A stretch of 64,000 bases of DNA, from the NCBI RefSeq assembly GCF_964194025.1, contig NC_134472.1, positions 74,214,001 to 74,278,000 of the forward strand, in the 5' to 3' direction. The notes below the pieces were generated by a model. It was not told where the DNA came from. It did not search any database and saw only the letters and a program-made list of their open reading frames with translations. This stretch comes from Convolutriloba macropyga. Its lineage: Eukaryota. This document shows, piece after piece, positions 1 to 13,213 of the stretch. Numbering within the stretch: the stretch's first letter is position 1; every line of letters begins with the position of its first letter. Both the position numbers and the translations under genes were made by a program.

Positions 1-1206
1 TACAAATGAGAAAGAAGGCAGTCTAGATTTAATGAGACTGCGCTACAAGTTTTGAAAAATGAGTTCGAAAGTGGCAAAACTAAAAACACAATTTTTTTTG
101 AAACGAAACCTTTTTAAAAAACTTAGACATGGAAACCGTAAGCTTTCAGCTAAAAAATTCAGTAGAGCTTAACTTGTTATTGCTTTGGATTCCCATTGTT
201 CATTTCATTGCTGAGACTAAAACAATACATTATACACTTCAACACCGAATACAAAGCAGAATTCAAAATTCCACGGACAATTTTCCACAACTAGACCAAA
301 GCTGGTCTTGCTCTTGCTGCTTCTCCTTCAAAACAAAAAACTACCAAAGGTTTCCAAAATAGCTATTTTGACCAAGAAGTCATCATATCAAAAGTAAATT
401 ATGAATTTTGGATCCATATGGAGTTATTTTTTACCAACAATCACTATGTATCTATTTAAAGCATCAGATAGTTTTTTAATAGCTCCCTAGATACCGATTT
501 AGATATTTGATCAATTAGAATCAACCAGAAGACTGAAGAAAGAGCAAATACTGGCAAATTTCAAGAATTCATTTAAAATTTACGTAAACAGGTTTTCGGA
601 GCGATAAAAACCACGAGCTGCACTATTAAACTCGATATTGTTTCATTGCGACATAAAAGATCATCTTATTGATTGAACCTTTACATGAAAAAAATTTCTT
701 GTAATGGGGATGAAAAATGCGAATACTTCAAAAATGACAGACCCAAAATTGTTCCAAAATGACAGGCGTTTTTTTGAAAGATTGAATAATACTTCTTTCG
801 GCAATCAAAGTTTTTTTTAAAATAAATATCGGTTAAAATTTGCGATAGACGGCATAAAGGTAATTTCCAGAAGACTTGCTGAAGAATTGGAGGTACAATT
901 AACCCATATGTTTGGCGGAAGAGGGTGTCTGCAGTTTTAATGTCTGCACCACCTCACAAACTCGACAAAGTGAGCAAATTAGGCATATTTGATGCCATTT
1001 TTTAAAATCGAAAATGGAAAAAATGATGTTTTCGAAAACACAAATTTTTCCAAAAGTGTTGGTTCAAAGACTTCTCCAACTCTCTTCTATTTTTAAACGT
1101 AAAACCAATAAGACTATCGTTAACAATTTTATCCTTTTTTTAAAAAAAAATTGATCAAATGTTCACTAATCTTTAAACCTCCGGAACCTCAGTAACTCTC
1201 CGGAGC

Positions 1207-2818
1207 TTCTGGAACCCTACGTAAACCTCTTTTCAACCTCCTTAACTCTTTGGAAGAAGCGAAATTCAAAATAATCTTTTATATTTGAAATTCTACGCTT
1301 GACAAGCTTTCCAATGATACCACTCACAATCCTGTACAATATCTGAAAATCCTGTACAATATCCTGTACAATATTTGAAATGTGAATATATCGATCGGCG
1401 AAAATTGACCGAACAAAAACACTAGTCGAGTATGTAGTTCCTCCCCCACTAAGGTGGGTTGGAACAATTATTTTTTGTCTCAGTGCTGTTTTTTTCATTA
1501 AGCTTCGCGGGAATTTTTGACGTATTTTGGTGACCTTTCTAGTTTTACCAGGAAACGTTCAAACCAAAATTGAAGCTTTTCACGCCCTAATTTTTTCACG
1601 CACGGATAAGTACGTTGGACAAGCTGTCCAGAATGATCATTGATCTAGAAAAATTAGTTTGTTTGAAATTGTATACATACATATATGTCAAGGAAGTGAG
1701 CTCTTGAACAAAATTTGTAGCAATTATATTAGTCCCGCTGGACTTTTTACGCGATTTTTTCAAACTCTCGAGTTTTGTAGGACCGTTTTCTTGTCTGACC
1801 ACCGAATTTTGTGATGTTTCGGCTTGAGAAGCGTGATAAACAAAAGTGTGGGGACATTAAGTGTCTAAGTAGTTCTCTAATAGCAGTTACTACTCTAAGT
1901 GTGCTATTCACGGAAAATGTTGAGGCATTAATGGTGCGACTGGCGGGTCTTCATGTTTGACGCCGAACCGACCCCATTCTATTCCTCCTCATCACCCTTC
2001 ACTCATTCGCACAGGACTGCTTAAGAACAAATTAACGGTGGAAAATGAAATTAATTTTGGTAATTTTGACACTCCGTTTTTTTACCACTGTCGTATTACC
2101 CCCATCTCCACCCCCACTGTCTCTCAGTTGATGAAGGCTCCCTAAGATTTAACTTTTGACGGCTACCTCCCACTCATCCAATGTTCTAAGATATTCTCTC
2201 ACTCGCTTGAGTGATTTGGCTTTTCGCTTTGAGAGACGGGATAATTTGGTAGATTCGTACCTCTTAATTATCTGTCCCCACTCCAATTGCGGCTGGCCTT
2301 CCTAAGCTTAAGCTAGCCAAGACCTTTTCTTAAAATGTTCATTCCGAGGCTAGCAGAAGTACTGTCATTAATTTCGGAGTTTTTCCAATTATAGTCCCCC
2401 TCGCGTAATTATAGCCCCCAGTCTGGTACATTTACCATGATGGGTTGGGGAGGGCGGTATGCGTTATATGACCACTAATCTTGGGGCTGTAATGGAAAAG
2501 ACCTCATTTTTGCTAGAAGCCGATCGTGAAAACAAATTTTTGCAGAGCTGTTCGGAACAGCGTTTTTAATAATTGCTCTCAAACGAAGTTCGTGGCCATT
2601 ATATTATTACTGTGGTCTTTGAATGCGATTCATCACGACCATTTTTTTGTCTCACCCATTGAACTGCTCTTCCTCAAAACGGGATAAACAGGTAACGTCC
2701 TGAGGGCATGAAGGGCTCGTAGGTCCTTACTCTTGACCAATCTGTAAGAATGCTATTTACCAAAACTAAAAAATTCTTAATAATACCAGAAAATTTCGGA
2801 AAACACAATATATGTCAC
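1207..2818 (+). repeat. 1.6-kb local duplication, copy 1
   Basis: Near-identical to 3344-4951, with the same 62-aa spurious ORF at 1957 and 4078 and several small indels. Confidence 0.95.
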
Positions 2819-3345
2819 TTTTTTCTAAATGGTTTTTCCAATCCATTCATAGTCCGTTCTAGGTCTAGTTTTCTTTTTAGTCAATGAAAATTCTTTGAAT
2901 TGTACGTCAGGACTTGTCCTGCTATGTTATTTATTTCGTCGTCGCGATTTTTGTTACGACCATATGACGTCACAGCCACTTTTTGTTCATTCGTTCATGC
3001 AATTTCAACTGAAGTGCGTGCATAAAGTCATTTTTCGCTCTTAGTGGAGCGAGTTTTTTTGTTCATTCGCGTGATTAAATTTTTGGTCACACGTGACTTA
3101 CTACCTCACTCTCAAAAATGACTTCCTCACTTTGAAATTGACTTTTATTTATTTTAATTCAAAGAGATAAGGTCAAATGTGCGTGTGTCACCCTAAATGA
3201 AGGTTATTTGAGAACCGCTAATAGAGGCAGCAAAAACTTTACAGATTTTAATCAAAATTCAACTATCAGCCTTTAATGAAAAAACGAATTTTTTGGTCTG
3301 TCTTTTTCACTGTTTTTTGAGACTGCAGATCTACAAAGCTATTTT
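2819..3345 (+). repeat. 3' part of family B element between the two 1.6-kb duplicates
   Basis: Collinear with 17710-18150 and 22810-23150. More diverged pieces at ~14180-14450, ~18950-19270, ~45175-45595 and ~59360-60930. Confidence 0.7.
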
Positions 3346-4951
3346 CTGGAACCCTACGTAAACCTCTTTTAAACCTCCTTAACTCTTTGGAAGAAGCGAA
3401 ATTCAAAATAATCTTTTAAATTTGAAATTCTGAGCTTGACAAGCTTTCCAATGATATACCACTCACAATCCTGTACAATATCTGAAAATCCTGTACAATA
3501 TCCTGTACAATATCTGAAATGTGATATATCGATCGGCGAAAATTGACCGAACAAAAAAACTAGTCGAGTATGTAGTTCCTCCCCCACTAAAGTGGGTTGG
3601 AACAATTATTTTTTGTCTCAATGCTGTTTTTTTCATTAAGCTTCGCGGGATTTTTTGACGTATATTGGTGACCTTTCTAGTTTTACCAGGAATCGTTCAA
3701 ACCAAAATTGAAGTTTTTCAGGCACGGATAAGTACGTTGGACAAGCTGTCCAGAATGATCATTGCTCTAGAAAAATTAGTTTGTTTGAAATTTTATACAT
3801 ACATATATGTCAAGGAAGTGAGCTCTTGAACAAAATTTGTAGCAATTATATTAGTCCCGCTGGACTTTTTACGCGATTTTTCAAACTCTCGAGTTTTTTA
3901 GGACCGTTTTCTTGTCTGACTACCGAATTTTGTGATGTTTCGGCTTGAGAAGCGTGTTAAACAAAAGTGTGGGGACATAAAGTGTCTAAGTAGTTCTCTA
4001 AGAGCAGTTACTACTCTAAGTGTGCTATTCACGGAAAATGTTGAGGCCTTAATGGTGCGACTGGCGGGTCTTCATGTTTGACCCCGAACAGACCCCATTC
4101 TATTCCTCCCCATCACCCTTCACTCATTCGCACAGGACTGCTTAAGAACAAATTAACGGTGGAAAATGAAATTAACTTTGGTAATTTTGATACTCCGTTT
4201 TTTTACCACTGTCGTATTACCCCCATCTCCACCCCCACTGTCTCTCAGTTGATGAAGGCTCCCTAAGATTTAACTATTGACGGCTACCTCCCACCCATCC
4301 AATGTTCTAAAATATTCTTTCACTCGCTTGAGTGATTTGGCTTTTCGCTTTGAGAGACGGGATAATTTGGTAGATTCCTACCTCTTAATTATCTGCCCCC
4401 ACTCCAATTGCGGCTGGCCTTGCTAAGCTTAAGCTAGCCACGAGCTTTTCTTAAAATGTTCATTCTGAGGCTTGCAGAAGTACTGTCATTAATTTTGGAG
4501 TTTTTCTAATTATAGTCCCCCTCGCGTAATTATAGCCCCATGATGGGTTTGGGGAGGGCGGTATGCGTTATATGACCACTAATCTTGGGGCTGTAATGGA
4601 AAAGACCTCATTTTTGCTGGAAGCCGATCGTGAAAACAAATTTTTGCAGAGCCGTTCTAAGTGGACTACTTGTTTATCGCAAAGGAACAGCGGTTTTAAT
4701 AATTGCTCTCAAACAAAGTTCGTGGCAATTATATTAGTAATGTGGTCTTTTTAATGCGATTTATCGCTTGACCAATTTTGTCTCACCCATTGGACTGTTC
4801 TTCCTCAAAACGGGATAAACAGGTAACGTCCTGAGGGCATTAAGGGCTCTTAGGTCCTTACTCTTGACCAATCTGTAAGAATGCTATTTACCAAAACTAT
4901 TTAAAATTTTCTTAAAAATACCAGAAAATTTCGGAAAACAAAATATGTCAC
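3344..4951 (+). repeat. 1.6-kb local duplication, copy 2
   Basis: Direct repeat of 1207-2818. Confidence 0.95.
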
Positions 4952-6186
4952 CATAGTTCTCTTTTATTTCTTCAGTTGCACGAGAAACGCTCATCATTAG
5001 GTTTTGAAAACATGAAAGTTTGCGAATAAGAGTACCGAAAGGTTTTTTGTTTTAGGTTTTGTGGTACCAAAAGGTTTTGTGGTTTTTAGCTGCTCCTAAA
5101 AAATGTACTTCAGTTTTAGACGCACTTGGAGGTGTTTTTTCGCACATATGATATTTTGTCGCCGTTCTTTGACACTGTTTTGAAGTGCCATGACTTCTTG
5201 TTTGCCTTTCATTCTTTACAGTGATTCTTAATAGTGATAATTGAAAAATGGTAATTCTTACCAGCAGTAATCAAAACTTGCTGCCAATCTACGATTCGCC
5301 ATCCTGACAATGATATTATTATAGTGCAAAACTGATTAGCTGAATCATGCTTTGATTTGGGAAGCAATCAGTGTTCGAGTTTCTTAGTTTTTTTTCGTTA
5401 AATCGAAATAATAAGCTGTTTTTTAAATAATTTGAAGTAAAAGGAAAATCATTTAAGTTCATCAATCTATATTATGAACTCATTGTGATTTGCTAATTTT
5501 TGCGCTCAAAGTCAAATGCTTTTAAGTACTCTTTGATTTTTGACGAGCTTTTAACTTTTTAACTTCAACAAAAAAAAATTAATGAAGTCAATGAAAGGGT
5601 TTTTTGGTCCGCAAACTCTGTATCATTTGTCATTTTCGGAAGAGTGATATTCAGGAGCCAATTAGCTAGTCAACTAGAAAAGCAAAATTCCATATTTTTC
5701 CGTTCTGTGGTCAGCTGTTGATTTCTGGTCTTCTATAAGCAGTTTAATGACTATCGTGTCCCTGAATTTCTTGTGTGAGTTGCATGGTTGGTCTTATTGT
5801 ACAGACTTGGCCGCCAACCGTGCTCTTCGTTTTTCGAGTTCGACTAAAATGCACCTTTGACAAATATCAGTATCAATCAATTTTAGGCAGTTCGTTGATT
5901 GGTAACATTGTTTGAATTGATCAATTTCAACGTTTTTTAAAATCTGGTGGCCCTCAAATGGGCGCCAGCTCGTCTTTCTCTGGTCCCTCCCATCTCCTGT
6001 TGTTGATCAATCCATGTGAAATTATGAAGGAAGAACCAAAATTGGAGAACAATAACTGATTTCTGGATAATAACTTGTAACCTGATTTCTTTAAATTTTT
6101 ATAACTGTACGAATGAAATGAACGTTAGATTTTGCTGTGATTATATGAAAAAGTACAGGAATGGAATATCCCTAGTAACCATTTTT

Positions 6187-7797
6187 AATTGCTCTCAAAC
6201 GAAGTTTGTAGCAATTATATTAGTCCTGTTGGTCATTTATGCAATTTTTCGCTTGACCGATTTTTCGTCTGACGCTTTTGACTTTTCGTCCTCAAAAACG
6301 GGATAAACAGGTAGCGCCTAGTGGGCATTAATTGCTCTTAGAGCCTTTCTGTTCTGTTTCAGCTCAAACTGTTTTGGAGACTTATACTTATGTTGTGAAG
6401 GGCGGTTCTTAGAGATTGAAGACTCCCACACTGTTGACCCCCCCACTATTGTCCCCTCACCGCGCTGATGCCTCCACCCCACTGTTGCCCACCCCCATGA
6501 GCCACCCAGTGCAGCCCCCTCCTCACTGTGGCTACTGACAAACAACCGATCGCTAAAAACATGCACTTTTATACTAATGTTCACAGTTTTTTTTCAAGCT
6601 TTTTAAAAATTTTTTGAAGTTTTTGTTCTTTCAGCCATATGTGTCAGGGAACCTCCTCCAGAGTTTTTTCAAAAGGTTACTGCATAGTTTCTAGGGGTAG
6701 TGGAATGGTTTCAACATTTTAACATCACGAATTTTAGCATTTTTTGACAAAACGTGCAAATTTTTTCAATTTTTCTGACATTTTTTCACGTCTTTCCAGA
6801 AGCAGGGGTCAGAAAACGTCCTTAAGGGTTTGGTAATAAGTTACTGAAAAAATTTCCTGTGCCATGGAATAGCTTTCATTTTTTTAATATGACAAATTGC
6901 ATCAATTTTTTGATAAAATCTTCATTTTTTCAAGTTTTTTGAAAATTTGTCAGGTTTTAGTTTTCTCCAGCCTCAAGAGCCCCATAACCTCCTCTAGGGT
7001 TTTATTATAGGTTACCGCAAAGCTTCCCCATGTAATTAAACGTTTTGCAAGATTTTAATACAGGCAATTTTTAAAAAAATTTTCGCAAATTTTTCAAGTT
7101 TTTTGAATCTTTTTGTATTTTTTAAATCACTTTTATGATTATCCGGCACCCGATTCCTAGGGACCTTCTCCAAGGTTTGATAATAAACTGCCTCATAGTT
7201 TCTAGAGTTAATGAAATGGTTATCAATATTTTAATGACTCGCGCTTTATCATGTTTTATTAAAATTTAATTTTCTTCAAATTTTCGGAAAATGATTGTTC
7301 CAAGTTTATGGATCTTTATGTGCCAGTGAAACTATTTAAAGCTTGAAATAGGGATACTGGATAGTCTCTTGAGACACGACAGTGAAATGGTTTTGAAGAT
7401 TTAAGTATCTTGAATTATAGCAAGATTTTGTTAAAATTTGCGGTTGTTTTTAAAATTTTTGAATGTTTGTCCTTTTCGTGAGTTGAACGATCATTTCTGG
7501 GCAACGAAGCTTGTCAAGTCTTGCAGATGGGGTTCTTGACATAACTTCAATGACAATATATAATTTTGAAGATTTTTACTGCAAAATCTCGAAGCTTTCC
7601 TTTAAATTTGAAATATTTTGAAAATTTTTAAAATGTCAGTTTTTATTTGATTTTTTTATTAACAAGGCTAGAAAACTAAAAGTTGCAGAGTAGGATCAAG
7701 CTAAAGCTAGTCTCATTAAACCGTGGCTTTGTACTGACGAAGCCAACCGCTCGCCGGTCATTTGAGAGCAATTCGCCCGACGTTAGTCGGTTATGTT
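6187..7797 (+). mobile_element. Helentron/DINE-1-like family A copy with internal degenerate ~170-bp tandem repeats
   Basis: SubTIRs AATTGCTCTCAAA (6187-6199) and TTTGAGAGCAATT (7761-7773), 3' hairpin CCGAC-GTTA-GTCGG (7777-7790), then TTATGTT. Confidence 0.75.
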
Positions 7798-8870
7798 AAA
7801 ACTTTCAAAAGTAACCATGAGCATGCTGCAATGCCCATTCATTTCAGCTACTTATTATTTTTCTTCGATATCAAACATTTTAGAGAAAATTGATGAAAAA
7901 TAGTAGTATTTTGTTTCGTTTCTTATCTCAATGAATTTTTTGATATTATAGCTTGGTTGTATAGTTACTGCCATCTGAGCTCTCGTCAATAATTTCTCAT
8001 TCTCTGTTGCGCTTTTTACTTGAATTTTTCTATTATCCCTATAAAATTACCCAATTGATCCTAGTGATCCACTGGAATCCTGGTTATTAATTGCTCTAAG
8101 AAATTTTTCGCCTGATCAGGTTTTCGTCTTACCATTTGACTCTTAGTCCTCTAAAATGGGATCAACAGGTAAAACACTCTTGGGATTAAATTCTCATAGC
8201 ATCACGTCCTAATGGTTTCTAAGTAAGCGATTAACCTAAACTGTTTAAGAGGCATAAATGATTGTTCCTTATGTGAGGTAGTTCAGAGATGTTGACCCCC
8301 AAAATTGCTCTGATTATAGTTTGTGTAAGTAATAAGCGGTGGGCATAGTCAATACTTAACATTATAAGTGTGTAAAAACAACATACAACTGGAGATAGGG
8401 GAGGAACTAGTTCCGTTTTAGTTTATAAATTCTGCATTAATAGTGTATTTTTTTTCAGATATGTATTTAATGAGTAGTTCCAGAGCTAGTATATCATCTT
8501 TATCATTTCCATTATCCATTGAGTCAATTGGTTGTCAATTTTGGAAACCCTACCCTAGAAAGATCTTTACCTAAATATCATACCTTTTTTATCTGTTCGA
8601 AAGTTACATTTTTTGACATTGTCAGCTCGGTTTGTCTGTGTGAACAGTTTTAGAGCAATATTTATTTTAAAATTTGTCAACGGAGGGAGTGAACGAAGTC
8701 TTAAATCTATACACGGCAATTGTGAAACTGATTGATCTGAAGGTTTGACTTCTTGAAAATTCTGCGCCGCTCTTCTCTACAAAGAGTAATTTAATAATAA
8801 CATCCAGAGAATCTGGATAACGAATTCGAACTTTTAAAGAAGAGGGAGAATATTTGATTGGTGGTGAGGA

Positions 8871-8954
8871 ATGGAGTGCAAGCATATCAACCGAGTGTGT
8901 CTTTTCCCTTTGAGAAATCAGAGCATCGTCAGTCCCAGAGAATGGAATTGTCAG
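8871..8954 (+). CDS. USP44: USP44/USP49-like deubiquitinase, coding exon 1 (start of ZnF-UBP domain)
   Basis: ATG at 8871 translates to MECKHINRVCLFPLRNQSIVSPREWNCQ, resembling the USP44/49 N-terminus (CKH...NPQKWHC). Donor CAG|GT at 8955, phase 0. Confidence 0.8.
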
Positions 8955-9545
8955 GTAGAACTGAGATTACGCTTCATTATTCCACTTTTTCTAACAAAAA
9001 AGTCTGAAAACTTGTGAGAAAATACCGGTAGTATTTGCATTGAAATGGTTTGATCAGTCCTCATAAGTAAAAATGTACCACTGCAACTATTAAAAAAATG
9101 AACAAGTTTTAATTTTTCCTATCTGCCAATTGAAGCGTTTTCCATTTTTGCTTTATTACCCGGAGAATCTTTATTGCCCGCTGATTCTCGATATACAATT
9201 GACAATCAAAATATTTAACACGAATTGGTTTTAATGCAAGATTGATTTAAAAAAGTAAGTGCTCGGCCTGTGCTGGGCATGTTCAAATCTGGGAACAGTC
9301 ACAGTTGTTGCTTACCATTTGTTCAATTTTCAAAATAATGAATTCCTTCGTTTTTGTAGTGAAACAAACAATCGTTATCACAACGAAAAATTGTTCATAT
9401 CTTTTTGCTTCAGTCTTGCAAATGCTAATTAATTTGCAGTTGATGAAACGTGAAAAGTTATCACTTTATCACACTCAGATTCGAAATCAGGATAAAGTCA
9501 TCAACTCTGAATAGGCAAGTGGTAAGCAATGCTTGTGAACATGTA

Positions 9546-10128
9546 TACTGAACGGCAAAAGTAAGTTAGCACTCCTTTTTTTACGAAGTAAAATTTCATT
9601 TTCTGAGGCAATATTACTCCAACTTCAAATCACATTTTGCATCCATTTTTAACGCCATTTATCCCCTACATTAGTCCTCTCGCCTACCTATAAAATTCAG
9701 ATAAAATGCAACGCTCACTTACCAGAAATCCCAATGTTAAGTTGATGAACTTCATCCAAATTTCACAGCAAAAAGAAAGTTGACACTAGATTACAATGTT
9801 TCTAAATCTTTTCTCTCTCTAATATTTCACACAAGTGCAAACTTAGTCACAGTTGAACAAACCTAAAAACATCATTTCTTGTGACAACTTTCTTTTTACT
9901 GTGTAATTTGGATGAAGATCATCAACTTTACTTTGTGATTTCCAGTAAATCAGCGTTGCATTTTATCTGAAAGGTAGGCGATCAATTGTGTAAACATTGT
10001 ATGCAAAATGTGATGTGAAGTTATTTTGCATCAAAAACTGAATTTGATATTCAGGAGTAATATTGCATCAAAAACTGAATTTTTGCTTTGCGAAAATAGG
10101 AGTGCTAACCTCTTTTTGCCCTTCAGTA
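9546..10128. mobile_element. Foldback MITE, almost wholly palindromic and TA-flanked (Tc1/mariner-like)
   Basis: TA|TACTGAA...TTCAGTA|TA. Arms of about 260 bp pair throughout, e.g. TTCAGATAAAATGCAACGCT with AGCGTTGCATTTTATCTGAA, and GTTAGCACTCCT with AGGAGTGCTAAC. Confidence 0.88.
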
Positions 10129-11135
10129 TATAATATATATCGTTGACAAAATATGAACGCTCAAATCCCAATTTAGTTATTTTTCAATGGTAGACTGCTC
10201 GTTTTGAAGCGCATGTTAACATTCCGCAAGTACGTTTTTAATGGTTCCAACATTTTTTTAGAAATAGGAGATATTTATGCGATGCTTTTATGTGGAAGAT
10301 TTTATACGCCTCCTAGCAAAATAAGTACCTTATGAAAGCTCTTGAAACTAAGATTTGAACGACCTACCTTTCGATTATTTTCGTTAGCAAACTAATCAGG
10401 TTATATTACCAATAATTTGCTACTGAAACTAACAATACTGTTTGGGGGACAACTTTAGGTTCATAATGATTAAAAATCAAATTATCGATTTTAAAGACTT
10501 TGACAACATGATTATTTTCAAATTACGAACATTTTTTTTAAAAAAAAATGGTGTCAGGGTTGTTTCTGTTTTGGCTTTCACTTAGTAGCCTTAATGATAG
10601 ACCTCATTGGATTTCTTTAGAGGCATAAATAAATTTCATTTATTGTTTCGGTTTTTATAGCGTTTGCACTTATTGACTTTGACTCTGCCTGCTTTCAACA
10701 AACTTTTGAACGAAATATTGGAGAAACTTAGTTTTTGCCACTATATGTTGTTCTTTTTGTTGTCTTGTCACTTAGTTGCTTTAATTACAGGTCTTATTGG
10801 CTCTTTTTTGTGGCAATTTTTAGATTAATTGATGATTTAATTTCAAATCTACCTGTTATGATTTGAACACCATTAATTTTCAAAAATTTTAGTGAATTTT
10901 TAGTTGCCGGTTTTGTGATTCTGTCGTTTAATTTCACTAATACAAGATCTCATTTAATCTAATGAATCACATTTCAATTTATCTGATCTTTTCGATTTAG
11001 ATCTATGTTTTAAGGACTTTGAAGCGACATGTTAGAAAAATTTAGCGAATTTTTGAATTTAGCTTTTCTGCGTCGTTGTCTTGGGCTGTCTTTAACTTTC
11101 ATTAAGAACAGGTGTTTTTGGCTGTCCAATAACGC

Positions 11136-11297
11136 ATTTTTGATTTTTCTGTTTTTTATTCTAAATCCAATTTTATGCGTTTTTACGACTTTGACACAAA
11201 TTGTTCTTCATTGTTCTAACGGATTTTTGATTTTTCTGTTTTTTATTCTAAATCCAATTTTATGCGTTTTTACGACTTTGACACAAATTGTTCTTCA
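11136..11297 (+). repeat. About 75-bp direct repeat (period 87)
   Basis: ATTTTTGATTTTTCTGTTTTTTATTCTAAATCC...TTGTTCTTCA occurs twice. Confidence 0.9.
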
Positions 11298-11347
11298 AGA
11301 ATTTCCGGTTCAAGAATTGTTCTTCAAGAATGGATATTTCCGTTATT

Positions 11348-11660
11348 AATTGCTCTCAAACGAAGTTTGTAGCTATTATATTAGTCCTGTCGGTCTTTTT
11401 TATGCGATTTTTCGCTTGACCAGTTTTTCGTCTGACGCTTTTGACTTTTCGTCCTCAAAAACGGGATAAACAGGTAGCGCCCAGCGGGCATTAAGTGCTC
11501 TTAAAGCCTTTCAGCTCTGTTTCAGCTCAAACTGCTTTGGAGACTTATACTTATGGTTTGAAGGGCGGTTCTTAGAGGTTGAGACCCCCCCCCCCTGTTA
11601 ACCCCCACCCCCACTATTGCCTCCACCCCCCATCGCGCTGTTGCCCCCCCCACAGTTCTC
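11348..11660 (+). mobile_element. 5' portion of family A (closely similar to 6187-6500)
   Basis: Begins AATTGCTCTCAAACGAAGTTTGTAGC and is collinear with the 6187 copy. Shorter 5' pieces occur at ~2571, ~4701, ~8088 and ~26380. Confidence 0.75.
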
Positions 11661-13213
11661 ATTTATACTCTTTTCAGTCATTTGTTGAGTTATTTTAACG
11701 GTTTTGATTCCACTTGTTTTCAAAAATATGAAGTTTGATCTTTCTTGTTTGTCCGTTTTGTCCTCTTTTTTGTTTTTCTTGCACGTAGTCGCATCTATGA
11801 TTGTTCCCTTGTGTCCTATGATTAGTTTTAGTTTTTTCTTGTTAATTGTTTTATTGGCTTGGACCTCATTTGATCGTTGCCTGCTTTTGTTTTTACGTTG
11901 TCTCTTAGCTGTTTATGAAAGCGGACATTCGCTTTATAATGATGGATAATTTAAAGGTTTTTAATAAATTGCAAATTGAGTTTCGTGTTTGAATGACTTG
12001 ACGCATTTTATTTTTAGTCCCCTAGTATAAATAATTTTTGACGAATGTATTGTTCCTGTGCTGTCTCTTGTTGATTTTATACAAAGTTTGCTTGCGCTTT
12101 CTATACACCCACGTTGTGAATGTTTTAGAGTGACGTTTTCGAACCGTTTAACTCTGGCAACCCCATTTTCTAAAGAAAGTTAGAAAAATGGTTTTTTATA
12201 GATTGATGATTCATGTGATCTATCCCAGTTTGGCGCTTTTTTGACATTTTGCTTGAAATCTTTGGCTTTTCTTGGCGGGTTGCTGTCTTCGCTCATTTTT
12301 TTTGCTAAGTGCTTAGAAATACCAATAGCTCAGCGAATCAATCTAAAATGAACAGACTTTATATCGAAAAGCCTCATCAAAAATAAAACGAAACACAACA
12401 CAGTCATTCATTGTAGTTGCCTGAAAATAATATCGTTGACTATCAAGAAGTATTGAATATCAGGAAAAAACATGATTTTCATTTGGATTCTGTAGTTTGT
12501 TTTTTGTTGTTCAAAAATCAGGGGAAAACAACAAAAATTTTCACGAAAAGAATCCATTTGACGTTTCGACCGACGACTGACGAATTTCTTGTCTTCAATC
12601 CATTAGGAATTGAATCGCTTTAATTCTGGCCTCTTTTACAATTTTTGTAGCTTTTGAACTGATCGTGCTTTGACATCATCGAATGTTGATGTTCGAATTT
12701 TCTGTGCGGCGCACAGTACCAGATTGTAGTGATCAACTCATAATTGTTTGAATTTTGATTGGTCGAGGTTTCAGAAAACTGATAAATGTACGGACGGAGA
12801 AATAAGTTTGCCAGTATTCCATTAAAAGCTGTAAGGTGAACTGCAACTCAACTTTTTTTTCGGAAAATTGGCGAACTTCTTTCTGTATTTTCTCTGTGAG
12901 TCGTTTTGAGTTTTCCGAATACCCGCTACATATCGATTGATACAAAAATTAAAGGAAGCGGTCTAAATTATCTAAACTAGTGTACCATATAAAGTTGTAT
13001 TTGAAGCGTTTTCTTTGTCAGAATACTTTCTTGTTCAGGTTTATATGGGAATACTAGCGTAGACACTCACGGTTTCAGACCTTGCTTTTTCTACGCCGAA
13101 AAGTGATTTTTTTCTTAAATTAATGTGTGCTAACTTAATTTCGCCGTTCTGCATAACAGCGTTGGTTGTGCGGAAACCTTAATTATAGGTAAGGAGCTTG
13201 TGTACGTTCACAG

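Noticed and set aside
1957-4266. Identical 62-aa ORFs as a duplicated gene
   Set aside because: TTG start, no recognisable motif, and both lie in the 1.6-kb duplication, which explains the identity.
13186-13194. TAG|GTAAG recursive splice site upstream of USP exon 2
   Set aside because: Only 25 nt from the real acceptor, too short for a second intron, and use as an acceptor would shift the frame.
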